Both the position numbers and the translations under genes were made by a program. The notes below the pieces were generated by a model, which was given only the letters and a program-made list of their open reading frames with translations, did not search any database and was not told the origin of the DNA. DNA of 64,000 bases from Octopus vulgaris. Taxonomy: Eukaryota. Each line of letters opens with the position of its first letter. The first letter of the stretch is position 1. Shown piece by piece: positions 37,740 to 52,400 of the stretch. Location: positions 78,430,001 through 78,494,000 of the forward strand of contig OX597817.1 in assembly GCA_951406725.2 (NCBI GenBank). Direction: 5' to 3'.

Positions 37740-38460
37740 AATAAGTGGAACACCCTACGGAAAAGCAATTACATTAGTTTACCAACAAGACTCAGAGTGT
37801 ATAAGTTCCTGATTACTTCAATCCTTCAGTGACAGTGAGAGCACTGGACTCATACAGCTGATATGGATCAAAGAATCCAGGCTTTTGAGCAGAAGTGCTT
37901 CTGAAGGCTGCAACACGTTCCACATATATAGCACAAAATGAACAGCTTTGTCTGGCACCAAGCCAACAAATATGTTGGCAGAGAGGATCTATTCCTTGTG
38001 TGGGGACAAAGACCTGTGGCATATGGTGGTTGTTGTATTGGGTGTGCTGCCACAGCCAATGCCACCAAATTTTAAGCAGGTGTATAACAAAAGTTTTCCA
38101 TTAAGATTTGTGATCAAATTAATGAGTAGGGTTAATATTTATAATGAATTTGCCATTTCTGATGGGTGTGCAGCACACACCTAGCACACCTGGAGTATTC
38201 ACCTCTGAAGATTATGATCGCTTGCCTGGTATGGTCATATACCCACCACAACTCCCTGACCAAAACAATTCTTCAGAGCATAGTTGAAGGAGAGCAAAAA
38301 TGAGGCAGACAGAGAAAATCGTTCTTCTGAGAACATCAAGGACTGGACAGGTCAGAACACTGTGACCCCATTACACATGACAGTGAACAGAGACCAGTGG
38401 CAACAGCTGACTGCAAAAACATCTAGAGTAGTATCTCAATGACAGGTTGCATCAGTTAAG
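37740..38460 (+). mobile_element. RTE-clade LINE 3' fragment, interrupted by a ~200-bp insertion (~38005-38207)
   Basis: WTHTADMDQRIQAFEQKCF*RL..HKMNSFV; LAWYGHI..SLTKTILQSIVEG..GRQRK..NIKDWTG. Confidence 0.8.
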
Positions 38461-38749
38461 GGATCTTCAGAATGGTGAGTCATAATTATCTTCTTCCTGT
38501 AATATGAATTTGTATCAGTAACATCTCCTATCAATTAATTCCTGCCACCTATAATTGTTCGTTCATCTGTTGTCTCTTTATTATCGAATCTAACTATATA
38601 TTTGTTATATCCAGTTCTTGATCTGGATTACTTTACCATCTTTAGGAAGTTGGAATTTAAGAATCTGACAAGTTGGAGCACTAGATTAGTGTGTATCTAT
38701 TCTAAGCTTAGATTAGTGACTTCTCAACCACTATATATATATATATATC

Positions 38750-38980
38750 ATAATAAATATATCACTTCGGCTATGTAACTACACGTGGGCTGTTAGCGAT
38801 TTCTTCCTCTTTGGATTTTTCCTTTTCTCCGTTCTGATGAAGAGCTATGCTCAAAATGTTAAACTCGCTCATTTCACTGAGCATCAAGCTAATACACTTC
38901 TTGTGCATGCCCTCACATTCATTATATTTCTATTTTTTGAGTTTAATTCATTTATTTGAATTGTTTGTTTATTTGAATTG
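38750..38980 (+). mobile_element. Solo PLE pseudo-LTR-like element between (TA)n and (TATC)n
   Basis: Contains hammerhead motif 38831-38864. Confidence 0.65.
38831..38864 (+). ncRNA. Minimal hammerhead motif, CpG-decayed
   Basis: GTT CTGATGA A GAGC-TAT-GCTC AAAATGTT AAAC, consistent with an ancestral CGAAACGTT. Confidence 0.65.
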
Positions 38981-38981
38981 A

Positions 38982-39053
<72 letters not shown>

Positions 39054-39086
39054 TTATATATCTATCTATCTATTTCCCTATATATA

Positions 39087-39501
39087 GGCACAGGAGTGGC
39101 TTTGTGGTAAGTAGCTTGCTTACCAACCACATGGCTCTGGGTTCTGTCCCACTGCATGGCACCTTGGGCAAGTGTCTTCTACTATAGCCTCAGGGCTGAC
39201 CAAAGCCTTGTGAGTGGATTTGGTAGATGGAAACTGAAAGAAGCCCATCATGTATATGTACTGTGTGTGTTTGTGTGTCTGTGTGTGTCTGTGTATCTGT
39301 GTTTGTCCCCCACCAAAAAAATCGCTTCACAACCGATGCTGGTGTGTTTACGTCCCCATAACATAGTGGTTCGGCAAAACAGACCAATAGAATAAGCACT
39401 AGACTTACAAAGAATAAGTCCTGGGGTTGATTTGCTTGACTAAAGGCGGTGCTCCAGAATGGCCGCAATCAAATGACTGAAACAAGTAAAAGAGTAAAAG
39501 A
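39087..39501 (+). mobile_element. Family A SINE, full length
   Basis: Head, CTTGGGCAAGT motif, internal microsatellite and tail present. Confidence 0.9.
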
Positions 39502-39517
39502 TATATATATGTGTATA

Positions 39518-39605
<88 letters not shown>

Positions 39606-40299
39606 ATATATATATATATATACACACACACACATATACATTCACATAAGGTAAGGAGCTAGTAAAATCGTTAACATGCCAGGGCAAAATGCCTATTGGC
39701 ATTTGGTCTGTCTTTACGTTCTGAGTTCAAATCCCGCAGAGGTTAACTTTGCCTTTCATCCTTTCAGGATTGATAAAATAAGTACCAGTTGAATATTGGG
39801 GTGAATGTAATCAAATTAGATCCTCCTCAAAATAGCTAGCTTTGTGTCAACATTTAAAGCCAGCATACACACACACACGTGCACACGCACATATGTACAA
39901 ATATACATACTCACATATGTATATGTAAGTTTATGTGTGTGTGTATGTGTGTGTATATATATACACACACACACATAAACTTATGTATACATATATGTGT
40001 GTATGCATATTTGTGTATATATATATATATATGTGTGTGTGTATTTATATATGTATGAAACGAGAGACAGAGAAAGAAAGAGAGAAGGAAAGATTATATG
40101 ATGCAAATATGCAAATCACACATATAAGATACACATCTGATACATACACATATACACACACATTCATGCACATATATATATATATATATGTTCATTCATG
40201 TATACATACATACATACATACATACATACATACATACATACATACATACATACATACATACATACATACATACATACATACATACATACATACACGCAT

Positions 40300-40330
<31 letters not shown>

Positions 40331-40785
40331 CATCCCTGCCTTTAACATTTTCTGTATGTGAATCGATTGGAAAAATAATACGGCAAGATCCAATATAAAC
40401 TCTGTGACCTCACATTTTGTATAAACAACATACTTGTTTGGTAATTACCAGTGCCAAGGTCCACTCAGCCTCTACCCCTTTCTGTATATCTGTGTCTGTC
40501 CATCTATCTTAACCCCACTCTCTCTATACAAATTCTGAATCACAGTCTGAATACAAAATCTCTGTGCCATGTTGCATTTGAAAATCCATCAGTTTAGTAC
40601 ATTGCTCGGTTCATCTTTTTGTTCATGTATTTTCTTATATAGGTGGCATTGCATCAACTTAGTTCTCTCTCTCTCTCTATCTTTCTGTCTCTGTCTGTCT
40701 GTCCATCTGTCTCTCACACTCTCTCAATTACTGTGTCTGTCACCATATGTGTGTATGAGTTTGTAAGATTTTATAAATAATTAAT

Positions 40786-40823
<38 letters not shown>

Positions 40824-41295
40824 TATAGTTATATATACATATTATATATATAAATTAATAAATAAATAAAACATATGCATATATACATACATATATGTAC
40901 ATACCTACCTCTACATGTATATATACATGCATATATGGGTACAGGACACCAAAAAAAACATCGAACACAATGAGAAACGAAAACATAAACACAAAACCAA
41001 GGAAATGGACATTTATTTTTTTAATAATAATAATAATATTATATATATATATATTTATACACACACCTATGTTTATTTGTATATTATCATCATCATCATC
41101 ATCGTTTAATGTCCGCACACATATATAGACACATACCTAAGTATGTATGTATATATGTTTGCATATGTGTATTTATATGTGTGTATTTGTATGTGCATAT
41201 GTGTGTAAGCATGTATGTATATATGCATATATGTGTGCAAGTATGTATACATATGTGTATCTATATATATTTATGTATGCATGCATGTATATATA

Positions 41296-41332
<37 letters not shown>

Positions 41333-41674
41333 GCATGCACACACATGTATACATTGTATACATATATACATATATAGACAGACACATCTCAAAAGTAAAT
41401 AGCATCATTATTGAAAGATTTATTTCTAGAATTGAAATAATGTCATTTAATGCATTTAAATACTTGATCTAAAAGTTAGTAGACATCCCTCATGCAGTTT
41501 TTTAAGGATTTCACCTGTTCAAGTTTTGAACTAATGAACAATATCTGCACAAAAAAATTTATAATGAGGGGCACCTTTTTGCTTTTGAGATGTCTGTGCA
41601 TGTATGCATGTGTAATAAATTCATATATGAGGACGATGATGATGATGATGATGATGATAATAATAATAATAATA

Positions 41675-41800
<126 letters not shown>

Positions 41801-42060
41801 TTATAATATTATTATGAGATCACCATGTCATGCACATATGCATGTGCCTAGTGTACCCTTATCAGATGGGTAATCATGATGGGTATACTGGGCTTCGTAT
41901 ATTTTACCCCAGTGTCACTCAGATGGCATGTACTGCTTTCTCACTCAATAATAATAATAATAATAACAATGATAATAATAATAATTATAATAATAATAAT
42001 CCTTTTTACTAAAGGTTTAATAATGCCTGAAAATTTGTGGGGAGGAGGTTAGTTGATAAC

Positions 42061-42758
42061 ATCGACCCCAGTGTTTCACTGGTACGTAATTTATTGACCC
42101 CAAAAGGATGTAAAGCAAAGTTAACCCCGGGATGCTAACAAATCTGATAGCTCGCTAGCTCTAATAATTATAATCATCCTTTCTACTATAAGCACAAGGC
42201 CTGAAATTTGAGGAAGGGGAACAGACAATTACACCAACCCTAGAACTCAACTGGTATTTAATTTATTGACCCTAAAAAGATGAAAGGCAAAGTTGACTCC
42301 AGCAGAGTTTGAACTCAGAACATAAAGGCAGATGAAATGCCGCTAAGCATTTTGCTCTGTGAGCTAACGATTTTGCCAGCTCACTGCCCCTAATAATCAT
42401 AATAATCCTATCGACCCCAGTGTTTCACTGGTACGTAATTTATTGACCCCAAAAGGATGTAAAGCAAAGTTAACCCCGGGATGCTAACAAATCTGATAGC
42501 TCGCTAGCTCTAATAATTATAATCATCCTTTCTACTATAAGCACAAGGCCTGAAATTTGAGGAAGGGGAACAGACAATTACACCAACCCTAGAACTCAAC
42601 TGGTATTTAATTTATTGACCCTAAAAAGATGAAAGGCAAAGTTGACTCCAGCAGAGTTTGAACTCAGAACATAAAGGCAGATGAAATGCCGCTAAGCATT
42701 TTGCTCTGTGAGCTAACAATTTTGCCAGCTCACTGCCCCTAATAATCATAATAATCCT
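42061..42758. repeat. 349-bp near-perfect tandem duplication of family B SINE pieces
   Basis: 42061-42409 equals 42410-42758 except one visible CpG-type difference (AACGAT/AACAAT). Confidence 0.92.
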
Positions 42759-42957
42759 TTCTATTACAGACACAGGGTCTGAAATTTTGGAGGAAGGAGT
42801 TAGTCAATTTCATTGACCCAATTTATTATTGGTTCTTCTTTCATCGACTCCACAAAGATGAAAGGTGAAATTGATCTTGGTAGAATTTGAACTCATAGCA
42901 TAATGATGGACGAAACACTGCTATGAATTTTACCTGGTGCACTAACAATTCAGCAAC

Positions 42958-43320
42958 GGTAAAGAATATGCACTGTGTGGAGGCGCATTGCTTAGTGGTT
43001 AGGGTGTCAGCATCATGATCATAGGATTGTGGTTTCGATTCCTGGACTGGGCGACGCGTTGTGTTCTTGAACAAAATACTTCATTTCACGTTGCTCCAGT
43101 CCACTCAGCTGGCAAAAATGAGTAATGCTGCAATGGACTGGTGTCTCGTTTAGCTGGGGAACACATACACTGTAGAAACTGGAAAACCGGGCCCATGAGC
43201 CTGGCTAGGCTTCAAAAAGGGCACATTTATTTATTATTTTTATTAAAGAATATGCACACCTAGTGTTTAGAGTTAGAGTTAGAGTTATGTTGAAAACGGG
43301 TGGTGTGCATATTCTTTACC
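42958..43320. mobile_element. Tiny MITE with 19-bp TIR, split by a family C SINE and nested in a family B SINE
   Basis: GGTAAAGAATATGCACACC (reconstituted across the SINE TSD) / GGTGTGCATATTCTTTACC. Confidence 0.75.
42974..43243 (+). mobile_element. Family C SINE with 14-bp TSD
   Basis: TSD TAAAGAATATGCAC at 42960-42973 and 43244-43257; A/B boxes; CTGCAATGGACTGG motif. Confidence 0.88.
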
Positions 43321-43659
43321 TTTACCAACAATTCTGCCAGCTCACTGCCTTCCTAATAATCATAATAATGATAATAATAATATAGCAGAGACAAACAACA
43401 AAGCAATGCATAGAAAAAATCATGTGAAATACACATGCAATGGACATGTGCAACACTTCACTTATCAATCAGGGTTAGTGTATGTATCCTCGTGTACATT
43501 GCAGACAGCTTAACTTTCCAACATGCATTAAAGACACAACGATGTCTGATTATGATCGTTTAAAATAAATATTTCACTTATTTATTTATTTCTCTGTAAT
43601 GTTGACACTGGATAAATTAGCTTCCTAACCATCCCACCTCCATTTTTCATGGTAAAGAC

Positions 43660-44066
43660 TGGCTGTGTGGTAAGTAGCTTGCTTACCAACCACATGGTTC
43701 CTGGTTCAGTCCCACTGCGTGGCACCTTGGACAAGTGTCTTCTACTATAGCCTCGGGCCGACCAAAGCCTTGTGAGTGGATTTGGTAGACGGAAACTGAA
43801 AGAAACTCATCGTATATATGTATATATATATATATGTATGTGTGTGTATGTTTGTGCATCTGTGCTTGTCCCTCCAACATCACTTGACAACTGATGCTGG
43901 AGTGTTTACGTACCTGTAACTTAACGGTTTGGCAAAAGAGACCGATAGAATAAGTACTAGGCTTAGAAAGAATAAGTCCTGGGATCAAAGTGCTCGACTA
44001 AAGGTGGTGCCCAGAGCATGGCTACATTCAAATGACTGAAACAAGTAAAAAGAGTAAAAAGAGTAA
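43660..44066 (+). mobile_element. Family A SINE
   Basis: Matches other family A copies. Confidence 0.9.
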
Positions 44067-45378
44067 GAGTATAGATTGACATATTTTCATGCATTTTGCT
44101 TTGGGTTGCAAAAGCTGATGTAAATGCTGGTGATTTCTCATCCTTCAACACTGGTCTTTTTACTGGTAAATCCATCTGCTACTTTATAAAAGTGCTACAT
44201 ATTCCAGTTGTTTTACCATGAATATAAAACAAGGAGCCATGACAACGCTTTGTAATTTTGTAATACAACACAAATAGGAAGAAGAGCAATAGTTTATATA
44301 TTGCTACAATTCTATCAGTTCTCCCCACACACACAAAAAAAATTACAAATTATTCTATAAATCCTCAAAAAAAAAATAATAAACTCCAAATTAACAAGTA
44401 GATGGAACACACATGAAATTCTCTATAAAATCTTTTGAAATTAGTGTTGCATAATTTTTTAATCTGGCACTGAAAGAAGAAAATTCATGAGCTCATGTGT
44501 AATCATTTATGATATAACAGAATGAGTATAGAAACACATTATGATATAATCATTTCATTCTGCAATGAAGTTGAGATAGGTTCACTGTGCATGACAATAG
44601 ACCCGTCATTTACCTCAGTAGCATGTTAACTTTGGAGGATTCTTGAATCTTAAGATTATCTCCCCTTACCATATAGAGCCTTTCTTAATTGATAAACAGA
44701 CTAAACCAAGAATTTATGCTGTATGGTATCTGACATACCTGCATTTGTCAATGCTGATCTTAAATATACCAATGGCTACTCAGAGTTATTTCTCATAGCT
44801 CATTTTGTTTAAATTATGCAAATTACTTAGGCCATAAATGTTTTCTATTCTTTTTGTATAAGTCTAAGTCTCTTGGCAACTGAAGATAAGACTGGACAAT
44901 TGACATGCTGATGATGTCTCTTAAAGCAGAAACAAATGGCTATGACTGTCCTTTTTTTCTAACCAATAAGCACGTCCTATTTGTTAATGGCATGTCAACA
45001 TTTGAGATATCTTGAATCTTGAAATTCTCTCCCTTTCGCAAGTGGGACTGGGCTTCATTGCCATTCCCTTTAGAGACAGAGATGATTTTAATAAAGTGAG
45101 AAATTTTGTTGTATGGTATGTGATATACATGCATTTGCCCATACGTTTTATTTATTTTGCACATTACTTAATCATCATTATATGTTTTATCTTATATTTA
45201 ATATTTCTATAATACGTAATTTTTCTAAATGGTATAATTTAATTTTTCATTATTGAATTGATAAAAGGTGTTTTTTTACTAATTTATATATATATATATG
45301 TTTATTATATTTTGTGAAATTTGATTTAGTATTTCTAAATTGAATTTTTCCCTGTAAGTTTGGAATAATATCCCCTCA

Positions 45379-45444
<66 letters not shown>

Positions 45445-45699
45445 CATTATTATACACACACTCATGTGTACAAATAGACATACACATGTGCAAATACACA
45501 CACATATACTTATACAGTAGGGTTTTGCAGTTTCATTCAGTCACATTCATTCAAAAGGACACTGCTCCACCTAGGACTACAGTTGAATATAATCGTCCAC
45601 ATTCCATGGTACATGGTCAGGTAGTATTGAAAACGAAGTGGTTGTAAAGCAAATTTCTAAACCAGAAAGCTATGCCTACACATACATAAATATACACAT

Positions 45700-46140
<441 letters not shown>

Positions 46141-46884
46141 GTTCATTTGAAGCAGTTAGCATGGTTGAAGTAGATTTATTCAATTGATAGCAATATCATT
46201 GTCAGTTGCATTTGTATTATTTGCATTGCTATAGAAATTTAGAATGTTCGTGTGACTAATTGAGTCCATATTTCATGAGTTCAAAGTTTGCTATGGGCAT
46301 TACATTTTAAACTTTAGAATTGTAGTTGTTTCAAGTACTAGTAGGAAATCTTGTAATAAATAAAAGGTTGAAATGTAAAAAGATGGGAAAAAACAATAAC
46401 AACAAAAAACAATACTGTTCCTGAGAAAAATTGTGTGAGAATGTATTAGTGTGTGTATAATACTCATTGTAATATATTGGCGTGGTATATTTTATATGTA
46501 TGAAGAATTTTTGTGTGTGTTTCTATGTATATATATGTAAGTATGTATGTATGTATGTATGCATGTAAGTATGTATATGTGTATGTGTTGTACGTATATA
46601 TGCATGCATTTATGTGAATCAATGAATGTATGTATATGTGTGAGTGTGTGTGTGTGTGTGTGTGTACATTTATATACAAGTTCATGTGAGTGTGTATGTG
46701 TGTGTGTATGTATATTTATGCTTGCATGCATATGTATACGCAAACATACTATAACACACAAAAAAATTTACATGTGAGTGTATGTTAGTGTGACTATACA
46801 ATTTATGTGTATATGTATACAAATATATGTGTATATACATACATGCATATATATATGTATACACATACACACACACAAATATAT

Positions 46885-46935
<51 letters not shown>

Positions 46936-48020
46936 TATACATACATTGTGTGTATAAATGCATATATACCATGCATCTAGATAACTTCATGCATATAATC
47001 TCATATATATATTTCTATGTATGTATATGTATATTTTATTATTGCATCCACAACTGTGTTTACACATTAATTTTTCAAGTTACTTTTTTAATAATGTTTT
47101 ATAAATTCCTTGCAATTTGTCTGAAACAACACAGTACCTTATGTGCAAATTCTAGACTTCCATAGCCTCATCTTCAGGGTAAAGCAATTTTGGCATGCAT
47201 TCCTGCTTGTTTATATTAGGCATAACTAATGCGACTGGGGGAGACATTACTATCAAACATTTGAATTTTAACCATTCTATTTAACCGCTTCATTACTGTA
47301 TTTATTTTGAGATGCTCTGTGTTTCTTTCAATTAATTTTAAATATAATAAAGAATTTAGTAAAATAACTTAGCTATCATTAAGCTAGTGTTAGGGACATA
47401 AATTGTGACTAAGGTTTGGTGGAAGATTTTAATTCAAAACTTATGAAAACAAGACATTTGTACTATAGAGTCATAGGTGGTTTCAGTCAGGTTGATATTG
47501 AAAGTGTTAAATGTCATCAATGGTGAGTAACTGCTTCACAATATATAAATATGTGCTGGTACCTGTTTACGTATCATACTTAATTTGTATACATGGTGGA
47601 TAGGCATGTTTCTGTGGATTTTCTTTTGAGAGAAAATCTCTTTCTAGAGATGCTGCATTGACCCTTTAGCATTCACACTAGCCATATCCAACCAAAATAT
47701 TCTACTTTCTTTATGTTCAAACTGGCCAGATTTTGCCTCTCATACCTACCCTAAAACGTCTGTCAAGTTTTGTAATTTGCTTATTTTATAAACACAGGTA
47801 TAGGAACTTAGGAACAAGGATAAAATAGCCATAAAGTGCGAATCTCTATCTCACTATAATGGAAGCACATCCGACAGCAGGACGTATGAGAAAGGGTAAC
47901 AACATCAACTGTAACCCTGTAGCAATGGAATCAATTGCGTATCCCTATTTATTTTAATTGCAATATATAGAAAAAAGAACAGACAAGTTCACGTAAAAGT
48001 TGTGCATGCGATGTGACCGG

Positions 48021-48155
48021 AATGAATTGCAGAAGTTCCTCAACTCGATTACGGAAAGTGATTTCCAGGCCAAATTCCAAAAGTGGCAGGAATGCTGGGA
48101 TCACCATATTGCTGTTCAAAGTGACTATTTCAAAGGAAATGATGTTAAAACTTAA
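48021..48155 (+). pseudogene. mariner transposase C-terminal fragment
   Basis: LNSITESDFQAKFQKWQECWDHHIAVQSDYFKG. Confidence 0.75.
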
Positions 48156-50238
48156 GTAAATCAGTTATTTTTTATTAAACATGACTAGTCTGGGAACTTA
48201 TGTATTTATAGTAGGTCTTATTTGGTTTCTGGTTTTCACCTACCAACTAAATTCATTCACAAGGCATTAACAGCTCAGAGCTACTGTAGGAGGCATTTGT
48301 CCAGAGAGCTGTTGCAGTGTCACTGGACCTAACCACCACATTGTTGACAAGTAAACTTCACAGCCACACTGCCACGGCCTGCACCTAATTCCCTATCGAT
48401 AATTTATTAAACAAAAATAGCTTATATCTGCAGTGTGGTATAGTAAAAATATTAATTTTTTTTTACACTGAAACAAGGCCAGAGATTTCTAATGAATGGG
48501 TTTACATAAGTTTGTCAAAACCCAATACTTAATTGGTATGTATTTAAATGATTTCGACAGATGAAAAAGCCCCCAAAAAAACAAAGTGAACTCAAGTAAT
48601 ATTTCAACTATTCTTTTCTCTCCTTTTTTTTCTTTTTTAATTGTATGACTAATTCAGAAGAGGAAGGGTAGTACCCTTCCTGACCCTTTTGCCTCTCCAC
48701 TGAGATTGCTGTGTGGTGGTGGTGGTGGAGGTGGATGAAGAAAAATGAAGAAGTAAAGCATGACTCATGGGTTTACTGTAATAAAGAGTTTGTGGCGTCA
48801 CTAGAACAATGGGTACAGTACTTTGTACTATTCATTTTAACTCTCTGCATTTTGAGTTCAAATCCTGCCTGTTCCAACATTGTCTTTCATTCTTCTAGGG
48901 TCAATAAAGTACCAGCCCAGTACACTTCCTCTTTCTTTCTTTCCTACCTTTTCTTTCATTCTCAACCTGTTTTGCATTTTCATCTTTCTTTCTTTCTTTC
49001 TCTTTCTTTCTTTCTCTTTCTTTCTTTCTTTCTGAGGGTAAAGGTATATTTAGACATAGAGAGAGAGGGAGTAGGGCCTCTTCCACGTTCACAAGTTCCC
49101 ATGACATAACATATGTACCAACTTTATCCTCATCACTCTACCAGAAGTTGGGAGCCTAAGATAAGCCAAGGAAGAACAGGGCAGTAAGCAGCGGTGCAAT
49201 TTGATCAAGTTAACCCCAGAGTGGAGAACTGGTCAATACATTTGCAATAGAATGGTTTCCATTGAGCATACCCCAAAAATCTAATTTATGGTGATATTAA
49301 ACTAGGCAGTGGGTAACAAACTAAGCTGGCCATCAACCAGCTAGAAACAGGTTATAGTTCCCTTGGTAGGATTCCACACAGTTTCCATCTGCTCAGGATT
49401 GCTTACACAGTTTGGGTCAACTTAAATTCTGGAAGAAGTCATGTGCTGAGAATGCTGCATAGTGGAATAGGACCCAGCTTGCAGCAGATTAAATTTTGTC
49501 ATCCCTTTAGCATTTAATCAAGCCATACCTGGCCAAAATATTCTACCTGTTTCATGTTCAAACTGGCCATACCTAGCCTCTCCCTCTCTCTTACCCTAGG
49601 GTAAAGACCAATTTCGGTCATGAATGACCATGGGATACCACCTAGAAAGTTCCTCTCCGAGGTACAAGTCTGGGCAGGGTTATTCATAGAAGACCAGCAG
49701 TTTCCCATGTATACCAGCCCCCAATCTCTCTGCACTACAGATCTAATCCAAAGGAAAGCAAGGGCCAATACAGCTTGGCACCAGTGATGTCGCAACTCAT
49801 TTCTACAGCTGAGCGAACTGGAGAACATGAAATAAAGTGACTTGCTCAAGAACACAACACACAGCTCAGTCTGGGAATCAAACTCACCACCTCAGGATTG
49901 TTAGCCCAATGCTCAAACCACTGAGCCATGCTTACTATGTCATTATAAAACTAAAGTATCACATCATGAAAATCTTTAAGCTACAATATGATGTAGGATT
50001 AATTCAAACAATGTAAATTAATAACTATTACATTTGACAGAATAGTCTGAGACTTTGACATGGCTGTGTGGTTTAGAAATTCACTTTGGTCCATATGGTT
50101 TGGAGCTCAGTGCCATTGTGCCACACCCTTGGCATGTGTTTACTATAACTCTGGGCTGATCAAAGTCTTATGACTGAATTTGGTAGACAGAAACAGAAAG
50201 ATGACTATCATATATAAATTATGTGTGTGTATGTATGC

Positions 50239-50362
<124 letters not shown>

Positions 50363-50948
50363 GGAAATATAGATAAGTATATATACATATATGGTAAAAG
50401 ATTATTTGCCAACATAATGTGGCAGTCCTATACAAGGACGATGTTACTGTTTATTGGTCTCTGGAAACATATTATTTATATATACATATATATATATATA
50501 TATGTGTACACTCACATACATATATGCATGTGGCAATGTGTGTATATGTGGAAACACTTCAGAATATATTGTAACTTTTGATAGAGACAGTGAAGCAAGG
50601 AAAGTTTATAAACACTTTATTGGGGAACTAAGTCAAAAGCAAAAATTTTCTATCTAAATGGGTGTGCATTGTGTGTGTCTGCATGGGTCTATGTATGTAT
50701 GTGTGTGCACATATGTATATCTGTGTGCATGTGTGTGTGTGCGTGTGTGCGTGTGTGTGTATGTGTGTGAAGTATGTAATACATCATTAATAAATATTAT
50801 TTTAGTTCTCTAAACTTGGTCAATATCCATATTTTATTCATCCTTCCACCCAGTACCCGACACTTTTTCACTAGATTACCCCCTTCTGGTGGCAACCTTT
50901 CTCAATATCCAAGTGAAGGTAACACCTCCTCCACCTCCAAACTTGGGG

Positions 50949-50984
50949 CAGCAGCAGCAGCAGCAGTAGCAGTAGTAGTAGTAT

Positions 50985-51042
<58 letters not shown>

Positions 51043-51266
51043 GGTGGTGGTGGTGGTGGTGGTGGTGGCAGTGGTGGTAGTGGTGGTGGAGGTGATGGTG
51101 GTGGTGGTGGTGGTGGTGATGGTGGTTGTAGTAGTGGCAGTGGTAATAGTAGTGGAGGTGACAGTAGTAGTAGTAGTGATTGTAGTAGTGGTAGTAGTAG
51201 TAGTAGTGGTGGTGGTAGTGGTGGTAGTAGTGAAGGTAGTAATGGTGGCAGTAGTAGCAGTAGTAT
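50949..51266. repeat. Compound (GCA)(GTA)(GTG) tract
   Basis: Directly visible. Confidence 0.95.
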
Positions 51267-51991
51267 TGAGTAAGAAGTCAATAGATACCCAGTGTCTGTA
51301 TCACTTGCTTCAAGTAGGTTATCTCGAGTGGGGGGACGGGTTGAGATTTGGAGGGTGGGGTAGGGTGGTGGTGGTGGTGGGGCAATATAGTGAGGCCTGT
51401 GGGGAGGTGGGAGAGACTTGGCATAGGTGAGCCCAAGGAGAGGGGGCTTGGGAGGAGCAAGTCTTAGAGGGAGGTAAGACTTAGGGGCTGAGGCTTAGTT
51501 GGGTAGTGGTGGGGGGGGGGGGGCAAGGTTTGATAACAACACAGAACAGAGGAAGTCGGGATTGGGGTGGGGTTTGTAGGTTGATAAATACACTCAGTCT
51601 ACCCACACCATCCCACCTTTCACTCACTTTACAACTCAAGCTCACAAGTCCCTTGTTCTTACCGACCCATAATTCCATAACTAGAATATTTGTCCAGTTC
51701 CCCACCCCTGCAGCCTTGTCCCCACTCCATTCAGCAGCCTTCTAGATCATGCCCTTCTCCTTTGTCTTACATACCATAAAAGATAAACATAACAATCTGC
51801 AATTGTTTTCTCTTCCTTGGTCTTATATCATTCATTATTTTTTGTATCAACATTATCTATTCCTTACACAGAATCTGTAATGTTTAGAGTGAAGGGGGTG
51901 AAATAGAGTGTTTGGAAGAATTACATGTTTCTGGGGTGAGACTGCAAAAAATATGTTGGAAGGAGCCATTTTATTTTTTTTTTTTTATATA

Positions 51992-52400
51992 GGTGCAGGA
52001 GTGGCTGTGTGGTAAGATGCTTGCTTACCAACCACATGGTTCTGGGGGGTTCAATCCCACTGCGTGGCACCTTGGGCAAGTGTCTTCTACTACAGCCTCG
52101 GGTTGACTAATGCCTTGTGAGTGGATTTCGTAGACAGAAATTGAAAGAAGCCCGTCATATATATGTTTGTGTATATGTACGTGTGTGTATTTGTTTGTGT
52201 GTCTTTGTTTGTCCCCCAACATCACTTGACAACCGATGGTGGTGTGTTTACGTCCTGTAATTTAGCAGTTTGGCAAAAGAGATCGATAGAATAAGTATTA
52301 GGCTTCCAAAGAATAAGTCCTGGGGTCGATTTGCTCGACTAAAGGTAGTACTCCAGAATGGCCTCAGTGAAATGACTGAAACAAGTAAAAGAGTAAAAGA
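51992..52400 (+). mobile_element. Family A SINE, full length
   Basis: Matches other family A copies. Confidence 0.9.

Noticed and set aside
43963-44175. Protein-like ORF MDLPVKRPVLKDEK
   Set aside because: Runs into a SINE; no donor site or recognisable motif.
50540-50657. Possible PLE endonuclease C-terminal remnant
   Set aside because: Similarity too weak to support.
51992-52070. tRNA gene (and other A/B-box heads)
   Set aside because: No proper cloverleaf; continues into a SINE body.
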